IMG/VR virus record: IMGVR_UViG_3300017565_000001
Span: 269,741 to 333,740 of that record
Origin: a virus
Lineage: Duplodnaviria; Heunggongvirae; Uroviricota; Caudoviricetes
Reading direction: 5' to 3' (one strand)
DNA length: 64,000 nucleotides
The position numbers and the translations under genes are program-made. The number at the start of each line of letters is the position of its first letter. The first letter of the stretch is position 1. The notes under the pieces were generated by a model, which worked only from the letters and a program-made list of their open reading frames with translations, searched no databases and was not told where the DNA came from. Positions 16,406 through 27,100 of the stretch are shown in pieces.

Positions 16406-16822
16406 ATGTTCAAGAAATTACTTTCGATGTTTGATATGGCTAAGGTCATTCGTTACCTGATCGTAACCCTGCTCGTATTGGGCGGAGTATATTACCTGTA
16501 TTACAAGTTGGAACTCCAGGCAAAACAAATTGCCGTTCTTACTGAATATGTGGAAACGGTTAAAAAACAGAATGACCTCATTGTCGCCGCCAACCAGGCA
16601 ATCACTGCTGATATGAAAGTCATAAAAGAGGGAGTTGAAACATTCAACTCCAACATATCGTCCATAAAAGAAACGACTTCTCGCCTGTCCAAGCAACTGC
16701 AAGATCCCAATTTCCGCAAGATGCTTAAAGAGGAAATCTCCAAGGCGCAAACAGAATACAACCGCATGTTCAATGATTATCTGAAGAGCATAAATGATGA
16801 CACTAAAAAATTCAGTAAGTAA
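16406..16822 (+). CDS. Inner-membrane spanin (Rz-like)
   Basis: N-terminal TM (YLIVTLLVLGGVYYLYY) then a long coiled coil; overlaps a lipoprotein gene. Confidence 0.75.
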   Translation: MFKKLLSMFDMAKVIRYLIVTLLVLGGVYYLYYKLELQAKQIAVLTEYVETVKKQNDLIVAANQAITADMKVIKEGVETFNSNISSIKETTSRLSKQLQDPNFRKMLKEEISKAQTEYNRMFNDYLKSINDDTKKFSK

Positions 16823-17159
16823 ATTGGCTCTGGTGGGCATCTTGGCTCTGAGCGGGTGCGCCACAAAATCAGATGGTCCGCGTGAGATCACAATTCCACC
16901 CACGTATTCAGACAAGATTCCCATCCCCAAGGTTGAACCCACACAATTAGTTGATGTGAATTGGATGGTTATGAATAAAGACGAATTGGCCAAGTTCTTG
17001 GAAGCTAACAAGGGTAAGGATTTTGTGATATATGCTCTTGATGAAACCAATAACGCAAATTTGGTTGGCAACGTGCAGGAGCTCAATCGTTACATCAAGT
17101 CACAGCAAGAAGTAATCAACTATTTGATCAAGATCATTGACGCCAGAACGCAAAAATGA
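16794..17159 (+). CDS. Outer-membrane lipoprotein spanin (Rz1-like)
   Basis: Signal peptide with lipobox LALSG-C and a Pro-rich segment; overlaps the 3' end of the i-spanin. Confidence 0.75.
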   Translation: MMTLKNSVSKLALVGILALSGCATKSDGPREITIPPTYSDKIPIPKVEPTQLVDVNWMVMNKDELAKFLEANKGKDFVIYALDETNNANLVGNVQELNRYIKSQQEVINYLIKIIDARTQK

Positions 17160-17220
17160 GTTGATTAGATGAACCATATGATGCTACCATACGTGGCATC
17201 ATATTCATTTGGAAATCAAG

Positions 17221-18072
17221 ATGTCACATTACGAAACATTGGGTATTGGCAAAGACGCAAGCTTTGATGAAATCAAGCAAGCGTATCGAAAGCTGGCTCA
17301 AAAGTGGCATCCGGATCGCAACAAAGAAAAGGGCGCCGAGGACCAATTTAAAGCAGTCAACGCGGCCTACGATGTTCTTGGTGACCCGCAGAAACGTGTC
17401 GAATACGATCTGGGATTCAAGAAGGAATACGTCCGCAAACCATCTGGTGGGTTTGGTTCACATAGCCGTAAAGGTGATTTTGACGGTTTTGGTGGTTTTT
17501 CGAATCCGCAATATGACGATTGGGGTGATTCCAAACCGTACTCCCGGTGGGATTATGTCACCAATACTGACACCCATCAGAATATTCATGTACCGCTCGA
17601 CATCGTCGCTGCTGGTGGCAAATTGCCTGTTATCAAAGATGATGTGACCATTGAGGTAAATGTTCCGGCCGGTGTCAAGGACGGTACCATCATTCGAGTA
17701 GCGGGTTATGGCTCCAAGAAATACGCCAGTAAGCCTCCCGGCGACTTGCTGTTGACCGTTCATATCATCCCGCACCCCACACTGAAGGTCGAGGGTCTCG
17801 ACGTGATTCAACTAGTGAGTGTTGACGCTTTGGATCTAATTCTGGGGACTTCTGTCATTGCACAAACGGCCGATGGTACCAAATACGAAGTTCAAGTCAG
17901 GGCTGGAACGCAACACAACTCCAGGATTCGCATTTCTGGTAAGGGGCTCCCAACCATCAATAACGAAAAGCCAGCCGGCGATCATTTCCTGCAAATTCAA
18001 GCAGTCATTCCCACCAGTCTAAAACCTGAAGTGGTTACACTTCTCCAAGAGGCAAAAGGCTTGATTTCATAA
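17221..18072 (+). CDS. dnaJ: DnaJ/CbpA-type co-chaperone (no Zn finger)
   Basis: J domain with HPD (KWHPDRN), G/F-rich linker and C-terminal domain ([14 protein letters not shown]). Confidence 0.92.
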   Translation: MSHYETLGIGKDASFDEIKQAYRKLAQKWHPDRNKEKGAEDQFKAVNAAYDVLGDPQKRVEYDLGFKKEYVRKPSGGFGSHSRKGDFDGFGGFSNPQYDDWGDSKPYSRWDYVTNTDTHQNIHVPLDIVAAGGKLPVIKDDVTIEVNVPAGVKDGTIIRVAGYGSKKYASKPPGDLLLTVHIIPHPTLKVEGLDVIQLVSVDALDLILGTSVIAQTADGTKYEVQVRAGTQHNSRIRISGKGLPTINNEKPAGDHFLQIQAVIPTSLKPEVVTLLQEAKGLIS

Positions 18073-18117
18073 GCCACCTGTGCCATATTACGATATGGTG
18101 ATAACTGGGAGGTGCAA

Positions 18118-18489
18118 ATGAAAAAGGCTGTTCTTGCTTTTCTGGGCTTGATGCTCGCTGCATCAAGTGCTGCCTCCCAAGCGGTCCCCGCTACGCCGCA
18201 AGATCGGCAAACCTGTAAGGCGGCATACGATACGAGCCGCCTTTACGTAAACGATGCTGGTGCATTCATGTGGCGTGTGCATGCCAAAGGTCTAGTTGAC
18301 TATGATGCATACAACCGCTGGCAAAATGAACTGGTACTCTATACTCGTGCCTACATTTCCAAAATCCGCAATAAGTCCTACACGGGCGAAGGATGGGAGT
18401 GTCAGCGCATCACCGAACAAGTTCAAAACATCACGGACAACGTGTTGCTGCAATTCATGAGGAACAATGGACTTAATTTCGGAAACTGA
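18118..18489 (+). CDS. Secreted/periplasmic hypothetical protein
   Basis: Signal peptide MKKAVLAFLGLMLAASSAA; two Cys; GGAGG SD. Confidence 0.7.
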   Translation: MKKAVLAFLGLMLAASSAASQAVPATPQDRQTCKAAYDTSRLYVNDAGAFMWRVHAKGLVDYDAYNRWQNELVLYTRAYISKIRNKSYTGEGWECQRITEQVQNITDNVLLQFMRNNGLNFGN

Positions 18490-18958
18490 CCCCCGACTCA
18501 AATTGATGAGTGAAGACTATGACTTCCAGAGCACGACTCTGGAAGAACGGTCCTCGTTGGTCGAACAAATGTTTGATACCATGGTGACCAATCATGGTAT
18601 CGGTTTGGCGGCACCGCAAATTGGAATCAATAAGCGCGTGTTTGTTATGGAGGTGGAAGGCAGTCGCTTTCCTTGTTTCAACCCTCAGATCGTTGAAGTC
18701 CTGGAGGAGACTGAAAAGGCTCAAGAAGGATGTCTGAGTTTTCCTGGCTTGCGTATGCACGTGACGCGCCATTCGTGTATAATTGGCAAGTTCGCTGATG
18801 TTCACGGAAACGAAGTAACACGGCAATTCAAAGGATTGGCAGCAAGGTGCTTTCAGCACGAACTGGATCATCTCAATGGTGTGACGTTCGACAGTAAAGT
18901 CAGTAAGATGGCACTTGATCTTGCCAAGAAACGTAGGCCCAAACAAAGGAACAAATAA
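18467..18958 (+). CDS. def: Peptide deformylase
   Basis: GIGLAAPQIG, EGCLS and QHELDHL motifs. Confidence 0.96.
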   Translation: MDLISETDPRLKLMSEDYDFQSTTLEERSSLVEQMFDTMVTNHGIGLAAPQIGINKRVFVMEVEGSRFPCFNPQIVEVLEETEKAQEGCLSFPGLRMHVTRHSCIIGKFADVHGNEVTRQFKGLAARCFQHELDHLNGVTFDSKVSKMALDLAKKRRPKQRNK

Positions 18959-21280
18959 ATGAGTCGTCCCAATATCGATTATTCGGCAATCACCAACGTC
19001 CTCGGCGCAGCTCGCGACATCGCGGCTTCGTACTGTCACGAATACGTGACCATCGAGCACGTGACGAAGGCCATGATCGCCACCAAGGAAATCCAAGATA
19101 TCCTGCGGGCGATGAGCATCAACATCCAGTCGGTCGATGACAAACTGGACAATTTCTTCAACAGCTCGCTCTGCCCGGTCGCCCCTGGCATTGCGCCCCG
19201 CGAAACTACCGCGGTTGGTTCCCTGTTGCAAGGTACCGCTACTCGCGCGATCGCAACGGGCTCAAGCAAAATCGGTGTCGAATTGCTGCTGGTGGCAGTG
19301 ATGATGCAAGAAAACACCACGGCCTATGCGGCACTGACCCAAGCTGGTCTGACGCTGCTGGCGCTGAAGCAACATCTCAGCCACGGCGGTCTGTCGGCAT
19401 CCAGCGGGTCACCCGAGATGGTCGGTCCCGACGGTGAGCGCTCGCTGCGTGAGCCCACCAATCGTGAAGAAGCCGAAGCAATCCTGGCCAAGTTCACCGA
19501 AAACCTGAACAAGACCGCCGGTGAAGGCAAGATCGATCCCGTGATCGGCCGTGAAGAAGAAGTCGAAGCCATCGTGCTGGCAACTGCTCGCCGTTCCAAG
19601 AACAACGTGATCTTGACGGGTGAGCCCGGCGTCGGCAAGACCGCCATTGCTGAAGGCCTGGCAGTCAAGATCGTCAAGGGTGAAGTGCCCGAAATCCTGA
19701 AGAACGGCATCGTGTACAGCCTGGACATCGCAGCCCTGATGGCTGGCACCAAGTTCCGCGGTGAATTCGAAGAACGCATGAAAGCGGTGCTGAAGGCACT
19801 GACCTTCATCGAGTCGCCCATCCTGTTCATCGACGAAATCCACATGATCATGGGCGCCGGTTCCGGTTCCCAGGGCTCGATCGACATCGCCAACCTGCTC
19901 AAGCCGGCACTGGCGAAGGGCAAACTGCGCTGCATCGGTTCCACGACCAGCGAAGAATACCGCAAGCATTTCGAGAAGGATCGCGCACTGATCCGCCGTT
20001 TCCACAAGCTGGATGTTCTGGAACCCAGCATCGAAAATGCCAAGCTGATCATGCGCGGCCTGCGTACCTACTACGAAGAATTCCACGGCGTCACCTATAC
20101 GGATGAAGCGCTGGATCAAGCGGTGGAGTTGACTGCGCGTTACGTACAAAATCGCCAATTGCCCGACAAGGCCATCGACGTGATCGACGGTGCTGGTGCT
20201 CGCCAACGCATTCGCCCCGAAGAAGAAAAGCTGAAGGAAATCACTGGCGATCTGGTGCAATTCGAAGTCAGCAAGATTGCGAAGATCCCCGAACAAAGCG
20301 TCAAGACCGACGAGCGCACCAAACTCTTGAATCTGGATCGCACTCTGCGCCAGACGGTGTTTGGGCAGAACGGTGCAATCGAAACCCTGGTCGATGCTGT
20401 CATGATCGCCCGTGCGGGACTGCGCGACGACAACAAGCCCGCTGGTGCTTTCCTGTTCGTGGGTCCCACGGGTGTGGGCAAGACCGAAATGGTTAAAGCC
20501 CTGGCGACCAACCTGGGAGTTCCCATGATTCGCTTCGATATGAGCGAATACATGGAAAAGCATACGGTCAGCAAGTTGATCGGCAGCCCTCCGGGTTACG
20601 TGGGTCACGGTGACGGTGGCGCTGGTTCGGGTATGCTCACCAACGAAATCGAAAACAAGCCCCACAGCGTTCTGCTCCTGGACGAGTTTGAAAAGGCTCA
20701 CCCGGATATCCAGAACATTTTCCTGCAGGTCCTCGACGAAGGTCACCTCACGAACAGTAGCGGCAAAACCGTTCACTTCAAGAACGTGACGATCATCATG
20801 ACCAGCAATGCGGGTGCCGCACAAATGCAAAAGACGTCGGTGGGCTTCAGCACTGGTTCCACGAACACGGTGGAAGCTGGCATGGATGCGATCAACAAGA
20901 TCTTCCGTCCGGAATTCCGCAATCGTCTGGATGCTGTGGTGCGTTTCAATCCGCTGCAACCTGAAAACATGCTGTCGATCATCGACAAGATGTTGACCCC
21001 GCTGGAGACCAAGATTGCAGTCCGTGGTGCAAAGCTGGTTGTTCCCATGGACGTGCGTGATTGGATGGCCAAGAAGGGTTATGATCCCCTGATGGGCGCC
21101 CGTCCCGCTGCTCGTGTGGTGCATGAGAGCTTGAAGACCCCGCTGAGCCGCGCGATCATCTTTGAGCATGTGGGTGCTGGCACGACGATCACAGCTTCGA
21201 TTGTTGAAGACAAGGTGGTTCTGAACGTCACGCAAGCTGAAGTGGCAAAAGCGGCCCCCGCTGAATCCGCCGAAGCGTAA
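18959..21280 (+). CDS. clpA: ClpA-like ATP-dependent Clp protease ATPase subunit
   Basis: N-domain HEYVTIEH; two AAA modules (GEPGVGKT/FIDEIH and GPTGVGKT/LLDEFEKAH); no ClpB M-domain; VGF ClpP-docking loop. Confidence 0.93.
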   Translation: MSRPNIDYSAITNVLGAARDIAASYCHEYVTIEHVTKAMIATKEIQDILRAMSINIQSVDDKLDNFFNSSLCPVAPGIAPRETTAVGSLLQGTATRAIATGSSKIGVELLLVAVMMQENTTAYAALTQAGLTLLALKQHLSHGGLSASSGSPEMVGPDGERSLREPTNREEAEAILAKFTENLNKTAGEGKIDPVIGREEEVEAIVLATARRSKNNVILTGEPGVGKTAIAEGLAVKIVKGEVPEILKNGIVYSLDIAALMAGTKFRGEFEERMKAVLKALTFIESPILFIDEIHMIMGAGSGSQGSIDIANLLKPALAKGKLRCIGSTTSEEYRKHFEKDRALIRRFHKLDVLEPSIENAKLIMRGLRTYYEEFHGVTYTDEALDQAVELTARYVQNRQLPDKAIDVIDGAGARQRIRPEEEKLKEITGDLVQFEVSKIAKIPEQSVKTDERTKLLNLDRTLRQTVFGQNGAIETLVDAVMIARAGLRDDNKPAGAFLFVGPTGVGKTEMVKALATNLGVPMIRFDMSEYMEKHTVSKLIGSPPGYVGHGDGGAGSGMLTNEIENKPHSVLLLDEFEKAHPDIQNIFLQVLDEGHLTNSSGKTVHFKNVTIIMTSNAGAAQMQKTSVGFSTGSTNTVEAGMDAINKIFRPEFRNRLDAVVRFNPLQPENMLSIIDKMLTPLETKIAVRGAKLVVPMDVRDWMAKKGYDPLMGARPAARVVHESLKTPLSRAIIFEHVGAGTTITASIVEDKVVLNVTQAEVAKAAPAESAEA

Positions 21281-21288
21281 CAACTGAA

Positions 21289-21322
21289 GTGAGACTGGCG
21301 GCTTGCTTTCTGCCAGTCTCAC
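21289..21322 (+). terminator. Hairpin after clpA
   Basis: GTGAGACTGGCGG...CTGCCAGTCTCAC. Confidence 0.6.
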
Positions 21323-21357
21323 TGTATACTCAAAGCATAACGAGTAATTCCCCACAC

Positions 21358-22026
21358 ATGCTGCAAAATCTTCACCCAAAAGCAAAAACGCAAATATCGG
21401 ATCACCTATTTTGGGGTGAGTTCCCATTCAGACTGGTGTTTCAAGTCAACGCCAAGGGTAAACGAGAAAGCCGATTCAACAGATCTGGTCGGAGTGGTCG
21501 AGAAGGGAAACAAATTCGTTCCCATTTCGAATCCATCCTGGCCGGCGTTGACCATCGAGTGAATCGCCTGGGATTCTCAATCATCTACTATTTGAAAGAT
21601 GTAGCCACAGCGCAAGCTATGATTGATGCAAGACCAGAATTCTTGAATCTCTCGAGTGTGATTAGCCCAATGAACGATGCTCACATCGAATTCATGAAGG
21701 CCAATCCTGATCTAGTCACCCGTCCCGATCTGTATCATGGGACCTATCGCTTCTTCACTTACTTCACTGGTGACTACAATACCATGAAGACGCTAAGGAA
21801 GTGGTGTTGGGGTCACGCCGAAGAGCGTGGTTCCAAAGCTGTAAAATTCGTTCGTAAAAGCTCTGAACGAATCGACGCATACTTCATTGATGACGTCGAG
21901 CTCATGATTGCCAAATTGATGCATGGCGGCAACATGGGCAAAGTCAAACAAGTATATATCCTCAATAAAAATAAAAACAAAGCAGGCATATTCGATGAAC
22001 CCCACTCTCTTTCTGAAACTACTTGA
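21358..22026 (+). CDS. Hypothetical protein, possibly two tandem FxxxxDA-family domains
   Basis: HLFWGEFPFRL...IYYLKDVATAQAM and DLYHGTYRFF...AYFIDDVELMIAKLMHG. Confidence 0.65.
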   Translation: MLQNLHPKAKTQISDHLFWGEFPFRLVFQVNAKGKRESRFNRSGRSGREGKQIRSHFESILAGVDHRVNRLGFSIIYYLKDVATAQAMIDARPEFLNLSSVISPMNDAHIEFMKANPDLVTRPDLYHGTYRFFTYFTGDYNTMKTLRKWCWGHAEERGSKAVKFVRKSSERIDAYFIDDVELMIAKLMHGGNMGKVKQVYILNKNKNKAGIFDEPHSLSETT

Positions 22027-22354
22027 AAAGCAACTACTGAAAACTGGCACTGAACTCGGCGTAGAATATATCAAATACCAGGACGGCAAAAAGGTCGGAA
22101 CGGTGAAAGGTATGTATACGATCGAACGCTTTACCCCTCATCCGCTTGGCTATATGCCTATTGTTCATATCAAGAATGATCTAGAGCAAGCAGAAGTTGA
22201 CATCAAGAACATCAAGTTGATTGCAGGACTCAGCCCCAACAAGTATGCGGCAGAATATGGCATTCGGCCTGATGGTAAGGAAAGCGATGCTCCTAAGCGT
22301 CGTGGACGCAAGCCTAAGGATCGCAATCCCGAAAAGGTTTGGTCGTGTGACTGA
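21995..22354 (+). CDS. Hypothetical protein with AT-hook-like tail
   Basis: C-terminal PKRRGRKPK. Confidence 0.65.
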   Translation: MNPTLFLKLLEKQLLKTGTELGVEYIKYQDGKKVGTVKGMYTIERFTPHPLGYMPIVHIKNDLEQAEVDIKNIKLIAGLSPNKYAAEYGIRPDGKESDAPKRRGRKPKDRNPEKVWSCD

Positions 22355-22395
22355 TTGACATAAGCCCTCCTTCATTTGGTATAAATACCAGAAGA

Positions 22396-22602
22396 ATGGA
22401 GGGCTTTATCATGGCTCATATGCATGAACAGGTTGTTCTGGTTAAAATCACAACCTTGAAGAAGGGTAATCACGTTGAATGTGGTGACGCTGCGGATGTT
22501 ACTCCCGAAGTGCTCGCCAACATTGAAGCTCTGGTCGGCGAACTCTTGCAAGAACCAGGTCGTGTGATCGAAGTGTTCGTCGATGACGAACAAGTAAAGT
22601 AA
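22396..22602 (+). CDS. Small hypothetical late protein
   Basis: TATAAATA at 22380; GGAGG SD suggests a start at 22411. Confidence 0.65.
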   Translation: MEGFIMAHMHEQVVLVKITTLKKGNHVECGDAADVTPEVLANIEALVGELLQEPGRVIEVFVDDEQVK

Positions 22603-22629
22603 AGAATGGCGCCTCTAGGGCGCCATTTT

Positions 22630-23064
22630 TCATTTCACGTATTGCTTTATTTGCTCATTTATGTTTTTGAGCACTGGTAGAAAATCAAACTCTTTGTCGT
22701 ATTTGGTCACGTAGGACATATCAAGTGCCCTTCCCTGCAGGCTGTCTATAATCAGCCTTCCCACCCCTACATTTGCGTTGGGTATACTGCCCACAATGTC
22801 ATTGAATTGAGCGGTTGGTGCCTCAAATCCAACGTCTTCCCAAAACGCTTTGGATGATGCTTCGAGCGCAGGAGCAGTAGACAACCCATACCCGGCACAA
22901 TGGCGCATGATTGTTGACGCAAAAACGTTCAACTCGACGGGAATACCACACACCGCCACCACCTGATATGTGCGTTTCGCCGTAGTGATCTCACCATACA
23001 TTGGCATACCCAACTTGCTCAAGACCATCATTCGGTCCAGCTCGTCGCGTTCAGAGTTCTCCAT
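22630..23064 (-). CDS. Hypothetical protein
   Basis: Likely start MENSERDE overlapping the nucleotidyltransferase stop. Confidence 0.65.
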   Translation of the reverse strand: MENSERDELDRMMVLSKLGMPMYGEITTAKRTYQVVAVCGIPVELNVFASTIMRHCAGYGLSTAPALEASSKAFWEDVGFEAPTAQFNDIVGSIPNANVGVGRLIIDSLQGRALDMSYVTKYDKEFDFLPVLKNINEQIKQYVK

Positions 23065-23695
23065 ATAGCTCGTCGTATCCGCTGAGGTCAAGGTCGCCAG
23101 CTTTAAGCGTCTTGCGATCGCCAATAAGAACTTTTTCAAAGATTTCTTGGCTGGGCGTGTAGCCCATCGCCATGTATTTGCATGTTCGTACGTCGGAAGC
23201 ATTCCTTTCTCCTGCTGAATATTCTGGAGTAAACGCAAGTTTATTGTCATGATGATCTATCAGAGCTGACAGTGGGTAGCTGATCTTTTGATTTTTATAT
23301 GCGAATTGGCAAACAGTGAAATCAAAAGAACTCAAAAGAGATTCCACAGAATCATGCCATTCTTTGTCGATCAACTGAATGTACAAGCTCTCACCAGGAA
23401 GCTTCACCAATTGATTGTGTTTGGTGAGGGTGAACGATGCGCAATTGGGGTGGCGAGATACGTGAATGTTATTCGCCATCATGTATTCCACGGCACGAGT
23501 AAATTCAGATTTGTTCTTGAAGAACACGTCGTAATCTGACGTTCCCAAAGGTTCACTCACCAGGGCTTTTCTGACACTGCCACCGGCAATCATGATGTCC
23601 ATATTGGGAAACAACTGCTCTTCGATTACGATGAAACCCTTCACGATTTCTGAATGAAGTGGTGCTGGGACTGTTGTTAGATTTGTTTTGTCCAT
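23051..23695 (-). CDS. Nucleotidyltransferase (CCA-adding / poly(A) polymerase head-like)
   Basis: IAGGSVR, DYDVFF (DxD) and SFDFTVCQF motifs. Confidence 0.75.
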   Translation of the reverse strand: MDKTNLTTVPAPLHSEIVKGFIVIEEQLFPNMDIMIAGGSVRKALVSEPLGTSDYDVFFKNKSEFTRAVEYMMANNIHVSRHPNCASFTLTKHNQLVKLPGESLYIQLIDKEWHDSVESLLSSFDFTVCQFAYKNQKISYPLSALIDHHDNKLAFTPEYSAGERNASDVRTCKYMAMGYTPSQEIFEKVLIGDRKTLKAGDLDLSGYDELYGEL

Positions 23696-23770
23696 ACCAC
23701 CAATTCTTTGATAACCGGCCAATACTGTCAATATTTCATAAATATTCAAATACGGTATTGGGACGAAAGA

Positions 23771-24184
23771 ATGAGTAAATCAAGCATCCTCATGTTGCCA
23801 AGCACTCAAGGTTCATTCAATTTGACCGGTGAAAAAGTACGAGCTGACGGCTGGTATGGCTTCTCCGATGGGCTGCACACAGTAGCCATCTACTTGAACA
23901 ACTTTAGAGGCAGATTGGTATTTGAAGCAAGCATCGCAACAGATCCACAAGATGGGGACTGGTTCCCTATTGAAATGTCCGGTGCATCTTACCTGCAGTT
24001 TCCACGTGACGTCATGAATCCAACTGGTGATATTGGTGACACAGGAACTATTGGCATGAATATAACGGGTAGTTTCATATGGTTAAGGGCGAGAGTTGAC
24101 CGTTCTTACATCGTACCAGCACCAGTAGATGATATGGGTATCGCCGCGTATGGCTACGTGGACCGTATCCTGCTAAACAATTGA
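23771..24184 (+). CDS. Probable virion protein
   Basis: TAAATA at 23739; first gene of the structural operon; beta-rich. Confidence 0.65.
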   Translation: MSKSSILMLPSTQGSFNLTGEKVRADGWYGFSDGLHTVAIYLNNFRGRLVFEASIATDPQDGDWFPIEMSGASYLQFPRDVMNPTGDIGDTGTIGMNITGSFIWLRARVDRSYIVPAPVDDMGIAAYGYVDRILLNN

Positions 24185-24197
24185 CCGGAGAAGTCGA

Positions 24198-27100
24198 ATG
24201 CCAAAAGTAACTGATAGCAGAATCAAGCCAGGTGACGGCGAGATTGTGTTTCAAACCTCTAATACTGACAACACCGCCACCGCTACTGGCCTGGTGGGTG
24301 GTGATGATACGTCCGATGGTGGTTCATCCAACAATTCCCTTAAGATAAGCGGAAACAACTTGGGTGAAGGGTTTGGCATTTATGCCGGCACCAACGGTTC
24401 ATCCAAGATCGTCATTGACTACCGTTCGCTGGTAGCTGGTGAAGGTGTTGTCATGAGTGGTGATGCTCACACCATCACAATCTCGTCGCCTGCAAATAGT
24501 AGCCGTCCCAACCTGGATGATCTCCCCGGTTCGGTATCGGTTATTCAAGGTGGTACTGGTGTAACTACCATCCCCCTAAATGGAATCATGTTTGGTAACG
24601 GGACTGGTCCTGTCCAAACAATTGATTTGCCAACCACAGCCGATCGTTTGCTGTCATGGGATGGTTCTCGATATAAGTGGATTCCAACGCCAGAATCCGT
24701 TACCCCAACAACCACGAGTGTGGTATCAAGTGATCCTTTGATTACTTCGGTATTGAGCACTGACGGTTCGGGTAACCGTACGTACACGTTGGATTTCAAA
24801 GAAAATGAAGTAGCCATCAACAACTTGACTGGTACACTAGCTGTCACAAAGGGTGGTACTGGTAAGACGTCCTTCACCGCCAATGCTCTGGTCGTCGGTG
24901 ACGGAACTGCTGCTCTAAAGAATGCCCCTGTACCATCTGCCGCCGGTCAATATTTGAACTGGAACGGTACCGCTTATGCTTGGGGAACGGTTGGTACCGT
25001 AACAAGCGTGGGTATGACTGCTGGATCGTCGAAGGTCACAGTAACTGGCGGTCCCGTTACTGGGTCTGGTGCTTTCACAGTTGACGTTAACCCAGGTGCT
25101 ATTGCTCTTGGTGATTTGTCTGGTACTCTGGCTGTTGCCAAGGGTGGTACCGGCCTGACTGCTCTGGGTGCTGCTGGTACGTATCTGCGCGTCAACTCTG
25201 CTGGAACGGGATTTGAATTTGGTGCTGTTTCTGGTGGTAGTGGTGGTACGGTAACGAGCGTAGGTGTTACTGCTGGTTCCAACAAGGTTACCGTAACTGG
25301 TGGCCCTGTTACGACGTCTGGTAGCATCACCGTCGACGTAAATGAAGCCAACTTGAGCCTGACTAACATTCCTGGTAGCGTGTCAATTGCCAAGGGTGGT
25401 ACTGGATTGTCGGCTGTTGGTACTCCTTATCAAGTGCTGCGTACGAATGCAGGCGGAACAGGACTGGAATATTTCACCCTGTCTCTGGCCGACGTCCCAG
25501 GCTTGGCTGATGTCGCAACAAGCGGTGATTACAATGACTTGTCCAACAAGCCATTCCTTGCTCCTATCGCATCATCCGCGCAGTATTCTGATTTGATTGG
25601 TGCCCCCGCTCTTGCTCCTGTTGCAACTAGCGGTTCGTATAACGACTTGACTGACAAGCCAGTAACTGGCGGAACAGTAACAAGCGTTGAAGTTCTGGCT
25701 GGTTCCGGTAAGATTTCGGTCTTGGGCTCACCAATTACCTCGTCGGGTTCTATTACTATCGATGTGGCTGAAGGTGGTCTTAATCTGGCCAACATGGGTG
25801 GTATTCTGCCTGCAAGCAAGGGTGGTACTGGTCTGACTTCAACTGTTCAGAACGGTGTGTTGGTTGGTGGCGCTTCAAATACTGCGGCTTTCACGGCTGC
25901 TCCTACCGCGGCTGGTCAAGCACTCACATGGAATGGCACAGCATTTGCTTGGACAAACCCAGGCAATAGCTATGTTCTGCCTACTGCTTCAGCCTCGATC
26001 CTGGGTGGTGTGAAGGTTGGCGTCAACCTGTCCATCAATGGTGATGGTGAACTGAATGGTATCACGGACAACGCTGCTCTGACAAACGGTGCTGGTTATG
26101 CGGTTGCTGCTGATCTGGCGACTATTGCCACTACTGGCCAGTGGGTTGACATTGTGGGTCGTCCCTCGGTGTTCCAAGTGGCTCAAGGTGGTACGGGTAT
26201 TAGTTCGTACACTCCCAACAGTGTGATCTTCGCTGCTTCAGCAAACACACTAGGTCAGACTGCACCAACGGCTGCTGGTCAGGTTCTAAAGTTCAACGGT
26301 ACAACCTTTACATGGGCGACAGAAGCCGCTGCCTATGAGCTGCCTGATGCTTCTACTACTGAAAAGGGTGGTATCATTGTTGGTGGTGGTCTGGTCATCG
26401 AAGACGGCGTCCTGAGCGTCTCCGCTGAGGCCGGTTTGGGTACGGTAACGAGTGTTGGGCTGACTTCAAGCAACAATGCGATCACAGTATCGGGTTCGCC
26501 TGTTACTGGTGCTGGTGCCCTGACTGTCACATTTGTTCCAAGCAATGTTGATCTGGCTGATTTGACTGGTTCTTTGGCTGCTTCAAGCATCACTGGTCTG
26601 GCTCCGGTTGCCATCAGCGGTTCGTATGATGACTTGACTGATAAACCAGTCCTGTTCAGTGGTTCTTATGACGACCTGTCCGACAAGCCATCCTTGTTCG
26701 GCGGTTCGTATACTGACCTCACAAACGTTCCTGACTTTGCCCCTGTTGCAACTAGCGGTTCGTACAATGATCTAACCGATAAGCCAACTGGTCTGACGTA
26801 TTCGGATGCCGACGCCCGTGCAGCAATCAGCGCAACTGGTGACGTTGCTTATGATTCCACAACAGGTGTTATTAGCTATACGGCTCCCGTCCTGTCAGCT
26901 GTTGCCACTTCAGGTGACTATGCTGATTTGACGAACAAACCAACTTTGTTCAGTGGTTCGTATAACGATCTGACCAACAAACCCACGTTGTTCTCAGGCG
27001 ACTACAACGATCTTTCCAACAAGCCAGTTCTGTTCAGTGGTTTGTATGAAGACCTGGAAGGTGCCCCAACAATCCCAACACAGTACACCGATACGTTGGC

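Noticed and set aside
19409-21427. Long antisense ORFs opposite clpA, ligase, MoxR, vWA and clpP (for example 672 aa, 423 aa and 367 aa)
   Set aside because: Shadow frames caused by GC3-biased codon usage on the sense strand; no motifs or SD.
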